The translations under genes and the position numbers were made by a program. From Lenisia limosa (taxonomy: Eukaryota; Protista; Breviatea): a stretch of 61,552 bases of DNA. Positions 25,982-40,339 of the stretch are shown in pieces (positions within the stretch are counted from its first letter, which is position 1; every line of letters begins with the position of its first letter). The stretch lies in contig LPNZ01005834.1 in the NCBI GenBank assembly GCA_001655205.1, positions 1 through 61,552 of the forward strand. Reading direction: 5' to 3'. Under the pieces are notes generated by a model. The model had not been told where the DNA came from and searched no databases. It saw only the letters and a list, made by a program, of their open reading frames with translations.

Positions 25982-28900
25982 AGACAGACATCCTGACCAT
26001 TCACTGCACGTGCCTGTGACACATTTCTCGTTTGTGACTGCGCATTTGCCATCAATGACATCATAACCCTGAAAAGGTGATGAGTACATAAAGAACAAAC
26101 CTGGACACAGCCGCAAGAATGTGAGCCTGCTTTGTTGGTGCACATTTGGGGGCAATCTCCGTTATTCAGTAAGCACTCGTCGGTGTCAGCTAAGAGATGA
26201 TAAAGTCAGGCAATAAGGTAACTATGACGTCCCGCGGGCCTACCACAAGGGTATCTGTCGTCACCGTCAGGATGGTAGAAGCCACTGTTACAGCTGCATT
26301 CATAGTCTCCAATCGTGTTGNNNNNNNNNNGGTGTCAGAGAAAACATGATAGCCATTCAAAAAGCCCCTTCCCACATCCAGCGTCCAAGGTTCCGCCATT
26401 ATCAAGACACTCGTTGTCGTCATTACAGGCAGGTCCGTCAGCTGTGAAGCCGCTCAGACAGCTGCAGGACCAGAATGGATCTACGTCTGTGCAGATCTGC
26501 TGACAATCGTCGAGACCCTCAGTGCACTGAAGACGTCAGAACCGGGCATTAAAGACATTCAGCATGGTATAACTTCACTCACCTCATTGATGGGGTCACA
26601 TCTGCCGTCGGCTTCGTCAGCTGAAAAGCGGTACCCTTCGTTACAAGAGCACGTGTATGACCCAACGGTGTCCGTGCTTGAGGGTAAAACGGCTTAATAA
26701 AGTCGTGATAAACTCTCCATCCACATACCAAACTTGGGCATTGACACAAACAGCTGGACTGAAGCCAACAGCACACTCGTCCACATCTACAGTGTGAGTC
26801 AACCTGGGGTGGACAAACTTTGACAGTTGGTGCCGTCGTCATAGTAGCCGTCGTCACACTCGCAGTCGTAAGAGCCGACCGTGTTGACACCTGAAAGTAA
26901 GCAACCACAAGGCATAGCGTACAATGGGAGTTCGGACGACAAGAGGCAGTGAGTAACGTGCATTCGTCAAGGTCCTTGCAGTCATTGTAGGGTTTGCTAG
27001 TGTCCAATTCATAGCCAGCAGGACAGGGAAGGCATCTACAGGTGAGTGACAGCGAAAAGAGCCCACTCCCATGAGGATTCGCTGATCGAGTTGCAGTTGT
27101 CCTGGAAACACGTGCCACACGGGTCCACGCGGCCGATAACTTGAATCTGGGGGGGAGGGGTGAAAAATGGGGTGGGGGGCACAATTTTGGTAAGGCAACA
27201 TGGGTAAGAAGGTCTCAGAGAACAATTGAAAGTCTAATACCTCATTGGCGACAATAGTTGTGTAGGTATTGGCATTGGCAGAAAGAAGAACCAAGTATTG
27301 GGCACGTGCATACACCTGAAGATAAGAATAGTAAACAACAGAAAACAATTCAATGAGAGACATACTGAGACAGTGAGGTAACGCGAATGGCCAAGGGAGC
27401 TTGAGCTGTAAATGTTTACATCTTTCACCCAATCAGCCTGCTCTGCTACGTCAACGGTATTCGAGAATGCTGTAGTCTTTCCGAAGAGTTTCAGCTGAGG
27501 AGTGAGGAAAAAAGCAGTTGCATTACAATTAGAGGAAACGAAGACCCACAGGGTAGTTGTCCGCAATGTTGATGATGGAGCTAGAAGTAGGGAACACAAA
27601 ACGGACCACGTCAACATAAGCAGCGTAGTTGAGAGAGAGTCGGATGGATGCCTTAACCATGATGATTTTGATCCGCCAAAAACGGTATGATTGATATTAA
27701 CTATGACGCAATGAAGCAGTTCGTCGGGTACAGGTAGAGAATACAACATATTAGAAGAGCAATTCGCACCGACATCATCTGACCAGCTCAACCACCTACC
27801 TTTCCACTGATTCCAACACTGAACTGCCCTGTGAAGACGTTACTATTGTAGTCCATGTACTCAACTTGGTCAACAAGCTACATTCAATTAGATGGGCACC
27901 ACTCCCTCCCTGCCTACAGTGCTGACAGTGCCGCATGTTGTCGAACCTGAACCACAACTTGCAGTGAACGGAATGATGTCTATGACAATCAGCAGTACAA
28001 GGAGAGTGAAGGCATACAACAACAGCAAACCCCCATCATACTTGGGTAGATCATCCAGTGAATTTTGTAGTTGGCGTTGATAGTTTGGCCGGGGATGTGC
28101 TCAAAGACGGAAATATCAGCTCCGTTAACACGGGTGCGCAGAATAACAGTTTCCAAATAGAGGTTGGTGTCACCGTGTTGCGTTGACGCAAACACGACAG
28201 GTGGCAGACTCAGGGAAACTGTCCATGAAATCGACACTTTGGTTTGGTGGGTATTTGATTTTGAGAATGAAGTAATTCCTAAAGAGTCAAGAAGAAGCTT
28301 TCATGACAGAAAACATTTCAATCCCCCAAACCTGCAAATTCATCATCCGGCCTCTGAATGAAAGCAATATTCGTGGAGGCCGCGTAGTTATCATAACGTT
28401 TGCTGCGCCAGAGATTTTGAACTTCCCACTACAGAATTACAAGCTGACCCTACGTGCACAAAGACTAAATTGGTACACCCACGTTTGACGTTCTCAGTTG
28501 AGGGTAGATAATGTCCTCATCGCCTTTGTACCATCCGTAACCATTGGTCCCAATGAAAACAGGCTGAAGGGTGAGCTGGGCACAGAAAAAAACTACTCGA
28601 AGCTGGATTAAATTTGAAAAACAATGTTCATATAGTAAAAGATTTGTGCAATTTTTCAATTCCCCTTGCTGTAAAATACGTAATTACTGCAGCAGAAAAG
28701 TTCACCAAAATTTGACAGTAATTTTTTTAAGAAATAAAAGTCTGTTTAAGATTTCTTCGAAATGAAAAACAAACAATTGGCAAGGGCAATAATCAATTCA
28801 ACTGTCACTGCCCAAATATTAAACCAACATAGCTTACGTTATTAATGGCAAATGGTAAGGCTGTAGACTTGGTAGAGCTAAATCCGGCGTAGTAGTACTC

Positions 28901-29635
28901 TAAACAGTGAATTTCGGACTCATTGAAGAAGAGAACATACCAAAGGTATTCTGTGTTGCAGCTGGGCAGATTTGATGGTAGATGTAAGAACCAATATGTC
29001 CACCGCCCGAATGCCTAGAATTGTGAGCCAGCATTCGCAAATGTTTTAAACTGACTCGATAAAAGACTTCTGGGAGTGTATGTTGTACTCAAAGTAAGCT
29101 GTATTGGCAACCGTGGCGGTGTATTGGGCCTGTGGAATCAGAGAATGTCGAGAATAAATAAGATGCCAATACCTGGATTGCAAGAATTTAAGCAGATAAG
29201 AAGATGGGGAAATGGAAAAAAAAGCCAAAATAAATAAAAAAAGTAACACTATTTCAAAGAGAATCAACCCCAGCATTGTATGATTGGATTAGTTGGAATC
29301 ACAACAGTAAAACAGGATGAAATTCCTGGAACTGTATGATTACCACTAATGACAAGATACATAAGAAGGTTCCTGCCTACCTGCACATAGCACCCTTGTC
29401 CAAAGGAATTTCCTGTGTTCAAAGAAACTACAGAGGTGAGTTCTGGCACTAGTAGGGAGCCAATATGCCAATATTAAAACATAAATTACTGATAAATAAA
29501 GCAAAGCTATCATCGGAAGGCTTCTAGAGTTCAGAATGGAGATTGGAGAAAAAAAAACATGTTAAACAAACCGTAATAGGCACTTGTTAAGGACACAATA
29601 GTGCATATTATCAACAGATTAACTGCTGAGAGCAT
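25982..29635 (-). CDS. Receptor copy B: paralog of copy A. Signal peptide, N-terminal domain and first EGF modules are present; truncated at an assembly gap
   Basis: MLSAVNLLIICTIVSLTSAYY at 29635. Exons homologous to copy A with shared intron positions (GQGCYVQ/GQGCFVQ; SISWTVSLSLPPVVFA/SISWDVQLSLPPVVFA; DQVEYMDYNSN). 25982-27145 is nearly identical to 9260-10410. Confidence 0.8.
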
Positions 29636-29917
29636 TGTTGGAGGAGAACCTGAGATTTTGTCACCAATTCATACTCCCCAAGGGTCTAAGGTTCGTTGCT
29701 TTCTCTTATTTCTCAGTTTTACTTACTAAAGACCACTAAAGAACTTACAACCTTTATTCCTTTATTTTTGAAAAATGTCAAAAATTTATCTGCGGATGAA
29801 TTCAATTTTTCGCCGAATAGCCGATGACCTCCTCCTATTCCTCCAACCCCCACCCCCATTTTGTGCCCCCACTCCGGTGACAACCCTGTGACAACCCACT
29901 GAAAGACAACTGAAAGA

Positions 29918-30350
29918 CAAGGGGCCTCCAATCATGAAAATTAGTATTCCATCAGATTCTACCACCCGCACTCTCCAAAACCCAGTTTCCACCACTGTTT
30001 TCCAGCTGTTTTTGGCATATTCGTTGTATATACATATACATATATAATAATTTATAATTAGACCTAATTTGTACCTAATAAGTACCTAATTACATAACTA
30101 CACATAGCTACTCAATGACTCAACTGTGTCTGCTGTGACTCAACCGAAGAGACTCAGTCCAACAACCCCCCCCCCCCTTTTTTTTTTTNNNNNNNNNNNN
30201 NNNNNNNNNNNNNNNNNNNNNNNNNNNNNNNNNNNNNNNNNNNNNNNNNNNNNNNNNNNNNNNNNNNNNNNNNNNNNNNNNAAACTCGGTTTCCACCATC
30301 CACCACTATTTGACTGGTGAAATACTAATTTCATGAGTGGAGCCCCCCTG
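29918..30350. mobile_element. hAT-type MITE (about 430 bp including an N gap), second family
   Basis: Left TIR CAAGGGGCCTCCAATCATGAAAATTAGTATTCCATCAG versus right TIR (reverse complement) CAGGGGGGCTCCACTCATGAAATTAGTATTTCACCAG. Perfect 8-bp TSD CTGAAAGA at 29910-29917 and 30351-30358. Confidence 0.8.
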
Positions 30351-30537
30351 CTGAAAGAGGGCTGGTGACCTCCAGATATTCCATCCAGACTGGCAATAAA
30401 AAATGAAACAGATAAACAGATATCTAGATATGCATCATGGGCGCAACACAATACCCAACTTGATTGTAAGTCTCTGAGGGGAGGGAGAATTGGGGGAGAA
30501 TGAAAATCTATCAATAAATAAAGTGTGTGTAACTGGC

Positions 30538-32025
30538 CTAACAACAAGGTTTCTTTTCCGGCTCCTTCTGAGACGCAACATTGACCTGTGAACTTGAGGG
30601 CGATGCTGCGTCCACTGTTGACACGTGTGCTCCCGAGGACGGGTCTACCCCCAAGAAGTCCGCGGCAATACGGAAGAAAATCTAAACTGTGAAAGGAATA
30701 CTTATCACAACCTGTTATACTACATATATCATTCAAATTTGACAAGTCTTTAAAATACCCTTCCCACCGTCTCAACATTTTTACCGGTCAAAGCCGACGC
30801 TGTTGTCATAAACGGCAGCTCAACGTCCCTTTTGACACTTCTCATCGCGTCCATCACAAAAGACTCCGCATCACGTTGTGAAACCTCAATATTTTCCTGA
30901 TACGTGAGATGATACTATCACCACAAAATGCCAATGGAGAAAAATAGGAAGAGCAAATGGCCTCGATGAATACATATCAAAACTTTTTTCTAAGGTAAAA
31001 GCTTGAACACTCAGCCAATTGGAACACATAACATATCCTCGCACCTCATCATCCGCTTTGTTGCCAACAACGTACACTGCACAATCAGGTTCATTTGAGA
31101 GGAGTTCGCTGATCCAAAACTTCAGTTTCAACAATGAGTTCTTCTCCAACAAATCTAGAAGGTTACGGAACCAAGAGAAAAGCATTTTTTCATCCATTAG
31201 ATTAAGGGTGGTGACAAAAAAAAAATACTTAGTTGCTCTCTAGTATTAAAACCACACTTTTCCTTCTGAAAAATCATAGAGATAATGCTCAAAGAAAAAG
31301 AATACTCCACCCAGAGCCTCAAAAAGTCGTGGGTAACCCCCAGATAAATCGAAAAATATAAATAATAAAGAAATGAAAGAACAAACAAACAAAGAAATAA
31401 GTAAACAAACAAACAAATAAATAGTAATATAAGCTCTATTTACATTCATGAGGAGGGGTGCATGTCCAGAAGCAAATAAAAAATATGTATGGCCAATACA
31501 ACCACTTATTACGGCAATCCCCCTCCCCCCAGCACCCACAAACCATAGCACACTACAGCGGCCTTTGCTCCTCTGTAATAAATCTTTGACATCGACTCAA
31601 AGCGCTCTGAAAAGATTACAGTTTTAACATTTTCTGAAAAGATATTTAAATATGGAATGTACAACAACAAAGTGAAGAAAATGATAGTTTAATGTTACGT
31701 ATGGAGCAAATTTCTAGAAATTTACATGTGAAATACCCGTTTAAAAGGCAACAAACTAACCTGACCCAGCCGTGTCCCATATGCCAAGTACAACTTGGGA
31801 TCCTCCGATTTCGACTTTACGCCCGCCAAACGCTGCTCCAACTGTCTGAATTGAGTTAAAATGGTGAGGGATATAAAGGAAGACACAACAGTGCCCAAAA
31901 GGGAGCCTAACCTGAGCCTGAGACTGGTTATACGTGTTATTCAGGAACCTTTGGACTAAACATGTTTTTCCTGTTCCTGCACGCCCAAGAATGACGACTT
32001 TAACGTCAACCTTAGGAGCAGACAT
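30538..32025 (-). CDS. RAB24: Rab GTPase, Rab24-like
   Basis: VDVKVVILGRAGTGKTCLV, TVGAAF, LGIWDTAGS, LKFWISEL, VYVVGNKAD, TASALTGKNVE. C-terminal KKPCC prenylation motif then TAG. Confidence 0.8.
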
Positions 32026-32432
32026 GATCTAAAACTGTTTCTTTCGAACAAACCAGATAGTTTGTCACAACTAGCTCTTTTTATTTTCCGCGCAAGTTTA
32101 TCTCTTTTATACTCTCAAATCTTTCGTTTCCTTTGTTTTTCGATATTTTTAGCGATCTCTTGATCTATGCCCCCTCCCCTCTCCCACTTTCCACCTTTCC
32201 CCTCGCTCTCCCATCCACATTGCTTCCACACCTCCCATTTTAAACAACTTAACAGCTCAGTGACAACCAATACAGTCAAACAGTTCACACAATATACAGG
32301 TCCACTACAGGTCACCCCTGCCTGTCCACAGTTGTGAAGGGCAATAATCAATTGACAACTTGCGGCGATATGGGATCCGACTAAATCTTGTTGTCAAAGA
32401 AGTTTTGTTGTTTCAACCCCAATTGATGAATT

Positions 32433-33578
32433 ATGGATGGCGTCTGGCACACTGATACAGGAGGCTATGCGTATGGTCTTTCCAAAGGTNNNNNNNNNNN
32501 NNNNNNNNNNNNNNNNNNNNNNNNNNNNNNNNNNNNNNNNNNNNNNNNNNNNNNNNNNNNNNNNNNNNNNNNNNNNNNNNNNNNNNNNNNNNNNNNNNNN
32601 NNNNNTGATGACAAGAAAGCACCAAAAAATAAGGAAAATGAAGAAATTGAGAAAGAATGGGCTGAGCTGAAAGCCAATGTTCAGGAATCTATGCGAGATA
32701 ATAGGTTTGTTGCTTTTTGCTGTTGTCCATTCCACTATTTGGATAATTCAATGTAGTGCTGTCATTATTCTGGGCGTGCCTCCTGAAGTTTCACATGCCG
32801 AGCTTCTTGAAAAGCTTTCAACCTATGGAACTGTCTGTTCTCTCCGTGCCAGGTTTGCGTCGACTTGATCCAAAATCATTTATCTCAATGTAGAGAAGAT
32901 AACCTGGGTCATATTTGTGAATTTTCTCGACCTGATATGGCACAACATGTGCTGACCGATTTGAATGGTCATATCTGGAACGGTTCAGCCTTGAAAGTGC
33001 AATATGTCACTGTATGAGGGGTTACGCAAATGGCTATATCCCTCTAGGTGCAATAAGCTGATTCATTACTCACCTCCCCACTAATCCGTAGGGGGTTGGA
33101 GGACCCTCTCTCCTCTTGCCTCCGCAGCCTCCTCGTGCCGCGTTATCTCCACCTCCTTCTCCACCGCCTGGGTGGAAGCAGCCCAATGAAGGGATTAACA
33201 AGGTAGGTATGGGTTATCACAAAATAAATTTCGCTGGCTCATGAAATGCAATTGACGTTAGCATGAAGTCCTTAATAGAATATATGATATATCTTTACGC
33301 GACCAGATCCCTTTCATTGACCTTGAGCCTGTTGAACTCGATAGTGAAACGGGTGCTACAAGGCACCAGCTTCTTCCTGGTGAGACAAATTTACTTACTA
33401 ATATTGCAGGAACATCCGTGATGCCGTCCATCATTCTTGATGAGGCTGCCTTTGACGTGGATTTGACTTCTGAGGTGAGAAGTTGGTATTCCCAAATATC
33501 TTCCTGCTATATTGGTTATCGTTGCGTCAATGAGGGGTACAGCTAAACATTTGGTGGAAACAATGTCAGTTTCAATAG
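32433..33578 (+). CDS. RCAN: Calcipressin / regulator of calcineurin (both ends approximate; N gap inside)
   Basis: RRM-like segment (VIILGVPPEVSHAELLEKLSTYGTV...DLNGHIWNGSALKVQY), SP-repeat LSPPPSPPPGWKQ, and PxIxIT-like HQLLPGTSVMPSIILD. Confidence 0.8.
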
Positions 33579-34088
33579 TCATATTTGACTTTAGTATTAC
33601 GAATCTTTGGGTTAGGGCGAAGTTTTTCGCTTCCCAATGCGTTTTGAGTGAACTATTTAGAAACTGTAAAATATAACCATTTTCACATTTCTACATATCA
33701 TACCATTTTATGATATGATCCCTTAATTTCGTGACGATGTGAAATAGCATTATTATTTGCCATTCCTTCTTAGAAGGCGGATTGCAAATCTATTTTTAGT
33801 CGGATTTTCGTACTCGGAGTCGCATTTTTACGTTTTCCGCCGACGAGTTATAAATTAACGCTTTTTGCTCAAAGTCATTATGCAACTCAGCTTGGTAAAG
33901 GCTCTCTTCGTCGGATTTTGTCAAAGAGGCCTGGAAACAACCTCAGATTAACCTCATGGGATGGCAATAATTGTAGGAGGGCAGTCCACTACGCCGGTTC
34001 TCCTATTAGAGAAAACAGCATTTTTGCCCCTCAAAAATGTGACACGTCGGGTTTCTGAAAATCCGACCATAAATCTGACGAGTAAAAA

Positions 34089-34969
34089 ATGCGACGACGA
34101 ATAAAACAAATTTTGCATAATCTACCTCTTCATGTGGCCTTGGACTTATTACCCAGGATTTATCGCGAGTTGAGCAAACTTCAGAACCAGCACCCCACAC
34201 AGCAAACCCTCTCGGTACGGGAGTGGGAGATTATTATAAGCTTTTACTGTAGTGACAGTCTTATGCTACCAGGCCGAACTTACAAGCGACCTGGCTCTCA
34301 GTATCTCAAGAAGAAGGCTGATTCTGATAATCCAAAACCGGCACGAGGATCACCTTTTTCGTTTGGTCCACCCAAGCCCCCTTCCACCCCGTCACAGTCC
34401 AAGCAAGTTCCCGACACAGCCCAAACCAAGAAAAAAGTTACCGATACAGTAAAACCCAAGGAAATTCCCCATACAGCAAGACCTTCCATGGATGGAGCTC
34501 CAAGTCAAGACAAACCTATCCCTCTCATGGGACTCTTTGCCAAGCCTAAAGAGAAGGAGGATACTCCTGAAAACAAGCAGAGCCCGTCACCTCCTTCTCT
34601 GGATGATAAAGATAATGACACCAAGGTAGGCGTTCAAGTCTCCAATTAAGCTTATTTCTCTAGGAATCAACTGATGCTGTGAAAGGTTTAGGTTTGTTTT
34701 GGATCCGATAACTCTTGACTTTGTTTCTGCTTTCCTCCAACCCTTTAGCCCAATCTGGTGTTCCTGTGAGTCTCCTGAAGCTCGCTTTGGCCTCCAAAAA
34801 CTCTCAGGGCTTCAACGATTCGCTGCGAAAGATGCTGGACGAAATGTCGAGTGACAGTGATGAGGATGAGAGCGACGACGACGCCGACGTCACTGCCAAC
34901 GATGTTTGGCAGAGTTATGTTCTGAGAGCAACTTCCACTGCCCTCAATGCTGAAGAGAAGAAGAAATAG
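34089..34969 (+). CDS. Hypothetical low-complexity protein (Pro/Lys/Ser-rich middle, acidic SDSDEDESDDD patch)
   Basis: Long ORFs 34089-34649 and 34715-34969 joined by plausible GT-AG introns. No recognised family. Upstream exons are possible. Confidence 0.5.
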
Positions 34970-35400
34970 TGTTGCAATGTCAATTGGTATTATGCTGTAT
35001 CGTAGTTGTTTTTTTCTTTTTGACCCCCCCCCCCCCNNNNNNNNNNNNNNNNNNNNNNNNNNNNNNNNNNNNNNNNNNNNNNNNNNNNNNNNNNNNNNNN
35101 NNNNAATTATATTTGGTGGTGGTGGACAGTTGTTGGAGCTGGTCTGAGATGATCAACAATATGATAAGAAAGGTCTCTATCCAAGCTTAAAGTTCCCAAA
35201 ATGCGGCAGCGGGGGGATCTTTATGATCTATTCTTTACAAAAATTTGATATTTTTATCGGCAATTTTTTTTGAAAGTTTGTGCGTTACAGGTTGCAAGTT
35301 GGATTTGGTTGGGAGGTATTGTTGGAAGAAGGATTCAAGGCAATTGAACGTTTTGAGCGCCAGGAAGTACCCCCCCCCTCATGATTTTGAAAAGTGTCTG

Positions 35401-37215
35401 ATGTCACAGGACTTGCTGAGTGACTTTGTGTCTTCTCCCCAACAAACATATGCTGAGTTTGCAAAAACCTTCAACACTGACGTAGGTAGGTTTTGGGGCA
35501 ATAAGGAGATAATGTACTTTTTTGCTTTTGGGAAATCATATTGATACCTCTAGAGAAATACTATGACAATAAAAAGCTCCATCCAAATGTTGATGCAAGA
35601 ATGTCACAACAACAGAAAGGTGGGTAAATAGATAACCTGCAAAATGAAGAGTTTACCTTTTTAAGGCATAGTAGACATAGTAGACTCTGAAGCAAATGCA
35701 ATGGAGACACCAGCTGAACCAATTTTAGGTATGACGTGGTAGGTATTTGATTGGCCAATATATGCTATTGGGAAATGAGAAATAAATCATTGCTTCACTT
35801 ATAATGTAGAAATTGAGTTAACAAAAGAAACCCATGGGGGATTTGACTTCAACAGGCCTTTTGGTTTGAAGGTAATATGGGATTTCTTTCATAGTACATC
35901 TTATGATACTCTGACAAGAGTCAATATAGTCAAGTAATAGTGTAGTTTATCAAGGGGTTTTTTAAGTGACACAAAACATTTAGTTTCAAATTACCATCGT
36001 CTGAACTCCCATGATTCTGAAGAGTGTTAGTTTTTTTATTTTATCTTTGCAGTGTGACAACTTTGTTGATATTCATGAAGACTCCCAAAGCTTGGGGTCA
36101 GCACCGGGTTACCAGCCCTGGAATGGTGAGCTATGGTTGTCAGAAATCTGAACTTCAAATGCTGTATGTCATACATAGTGTATGATTTAATCACTTGTTT
36201 TATTTCTCATCTACTCTAATATTATATACAAGGGGAGTTACCGTTTTCACTTAGTCAGAAAGTAATTCGAATTCTTTAGCAATTCCCTTGGACCCGGTCT
36301 AGTTAATTTGAAATCTAGTTTACAATTTGAAGTGGGTACCATTTTTTCGAAAACACCATTTATGTTACGCAATCATTATGAGTATAAGCCTTTCCAACTT
36401 TTGCGTAAGACTTACCCCGTTATATCTTGTGTTCGCTGAGTGTGTAAAATTATATTTTCAGAAAGTGAGGAGGTGGTCCAGTACGATGCTACAACTACTC
36501 AAGAAAAGGACACCAAGGAAAGCCCACGGTTTGCTGTCGATCTCAATAGGATTCATTTGAGTTCACCATGGGATCAAAACGTGGGCATTTTCTGTATCAA
36601 TCCAAATTGTAGCATATCAGTATTTATATACATGCTAGTATGTCAGTAAAGACAGCATATTTAAAAAAAACGCGAGAAATACAAGGACTAAAGAAACAGA
36701 AGGCCCCGAACCCCTGATCTTGAGGTGTTTCCGAATGATGATGTGGAGTACCCCGAGCCAGTTCTTGGTCCTACGGATCCTAATAAATGGGTCGACTATG
36801 TAGGCTTAATTACAGAGCTGCTGCCTTTGTTCTCTTTTTATTGAATAGCTGATTACTGTTCAGACGGAGCCTTTTTCCCTGGATCCGGAATTTGACTACG
36901 ATAACATCCCTAATATGAGCAAACCTCTACATGAGGTGGATGGGCTTTGTTGGTATCGTATCAATTATTGAGGGGGGGGGGNNNNNNNNNNNNNNNNNNN
37001 NNNNNNNNNNNNNNNNNNNNNNNNNNNNNNNNNNNNNNNNNNNNNNNNNNNNNNNNNNNNNNNNNNNNNNNNNNNNNNNNNNNNNNNNNNNNNNNNNNNN
37101 NNNNNNNNNNNNNNNNNNNNNNNNNNNNNNNNNNNNNNNNNNNNNNNNNNNNNNNNNNNNNNNNNNNNAAGAAGAACTGGAGCAATGGAAAAAGGACCAC
37201 CCTGAGTGTTTATGA
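35401..37215 (+). CDS. IFTAP: IFT-A-associated protein (C11orf74-like)
   Basis: N-terminal LLSDFVSSPQQTYAEFAKTF, middle GLK|CDNFVD and C-terminal EPFSLDPEFDYDNI match the three conserved blocks I recall for C11orf74. TGA at 37213-37215. Confidence 0.7.
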
Positions 37216-37541
37216 TATTAACCGACAAGTCACATTCCAGCCAACTTTTTCAAAACTCTGGTAGCCGTCATTTCGTTTGTATTTATTTTCACTCTTATGG
37301 AACTGTGTTCATATTTACACCCCTATCATTGTAGTCTTAGACTATGAGAACACTATCACCCACACCGCTAGTTCCATTCAACCAGAGGAAAGAAAAGGGA
37401 GGAGATATTGGAGGTGAGGAGCTGATGACATAAACAAAAAAGGAGAATACACCAAAGATTGTACAATTAAAGATTTCCAATATGAAGCTCACAAATACCG
37501 CAATTAAGGGCGTTTATTAGTCAGATGGGAAGACAGATCGC

Positions 37542-38474
37542 TTAGTTGGTGAGCTTCTTGAGAACGGGGGCAAGGGGGCCCTTGTTGTTCCAGACACGAA
37601 CGTTGATACCGTCCTTGATGAGCTTGCCCTCAGCCTTCTTCTCGGCGTACTCCTCGCGGGTGAGGTTGGTGAAACCCCACTTCTTGGAGATGATGATGTT
37701 CTGGCGTCCGGGGAACTTGTACTTAGCGCGACGGATGGCCTCAACAACATGAGGAACGTTCTGCTCCTTGGTACGAACAGACATGAGGATCTGACCGATG
37801 TCAACACGAGCGACGGTACCTATTTAAGTTAATGCAATAGATCTAAGATGAAAAACAAACCGAGAGGCTTGCCGAAAGCGTGTCTCATTCCAGTCTGGAG
37901 ACGATCAGCACCGGCGCATGAAAGCATCTTGTTGATACGGAGGACAGCGTAGGGGTGGGCACGGATGCGGAGATGGAAAGACTGCTTTCCGGACTTCTTG
38001 GAGATGTACCTGTTGCAAGCAACACGAGCAGCTGAAAGTATAAGCGATTTTCAAGCAAGTCGACAGAATGTCGAAGAACAACCAACCCTCAAGAGCCTCA
38101 GAAGAGATGTTTTCCTTCTCGTTGGAAACGAGGTGGACACAGTGGGGGAACTCGTCAGCAGGGAACTTCTTTCCACCAAGGTCAAAAGCACGAATCTTGG
38201 AGTCTGTCCACAAATGAGAAAACAAACATTAAAATGACAAGAAAAAAAAAAAAGAAGCAGCTTGTTTGAGAAAGAAAAACAGAAGGTAATGAAAATAGCT
38301 TACCGGGGACACCACGGCAGAAACGAGACTTGATGTAAGGCTTGTTGTTTTGCCAACGGTAACAGCGAGCCTAAAGAGTTAGGCTTAGTCAGAACAACGC
38401 AACAAGGAAATTAAGTAAATGAGAAAATATATGTTGTGACAATCTTTCAACCCTCATACAGGACGACGACCCAT
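37542..38474 (-). CDS. RPL10: 60S ribosomal protein L10 (uL16)
   Basis: MGRRP|ARCYR...[45 protein letters not shown]. Confidence 0.98.
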
Positions 38475-38641
38475 CTTGACTTCAGAAAAAGGGTCTTCAA
38501 ATTTTCAGAATTTCTGATAAAAGAAAACTGGGTGACCACTTTTGTTCAGTTCAGTTCCTTATACGAAATTAGACTACTTTCCTTTTTATTCAAGTTGTTA
38601 GTGCTGTTTCGCTCTTTTTTGTCGTGAACTTAACTTTAATC

Positions 38642-40234
<1,593 letters not shown>

Positions 40235-40339
40235 GTTTTTTTTATAGACTGTTCTTGGTGCAGTTTCGATTTTCAATAAAGTACATTACAAAACAATTCA
40301 AGAAACATAAACCTAAAGATCTACAAAAAAGAAAGCCGT

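Noticed and set aside
30140-30778. 212-aa ORF in the track
   Set aside because: It is an off-frame read through the Rab24 last exon and 3' UTR, the MITE end and an N gap.
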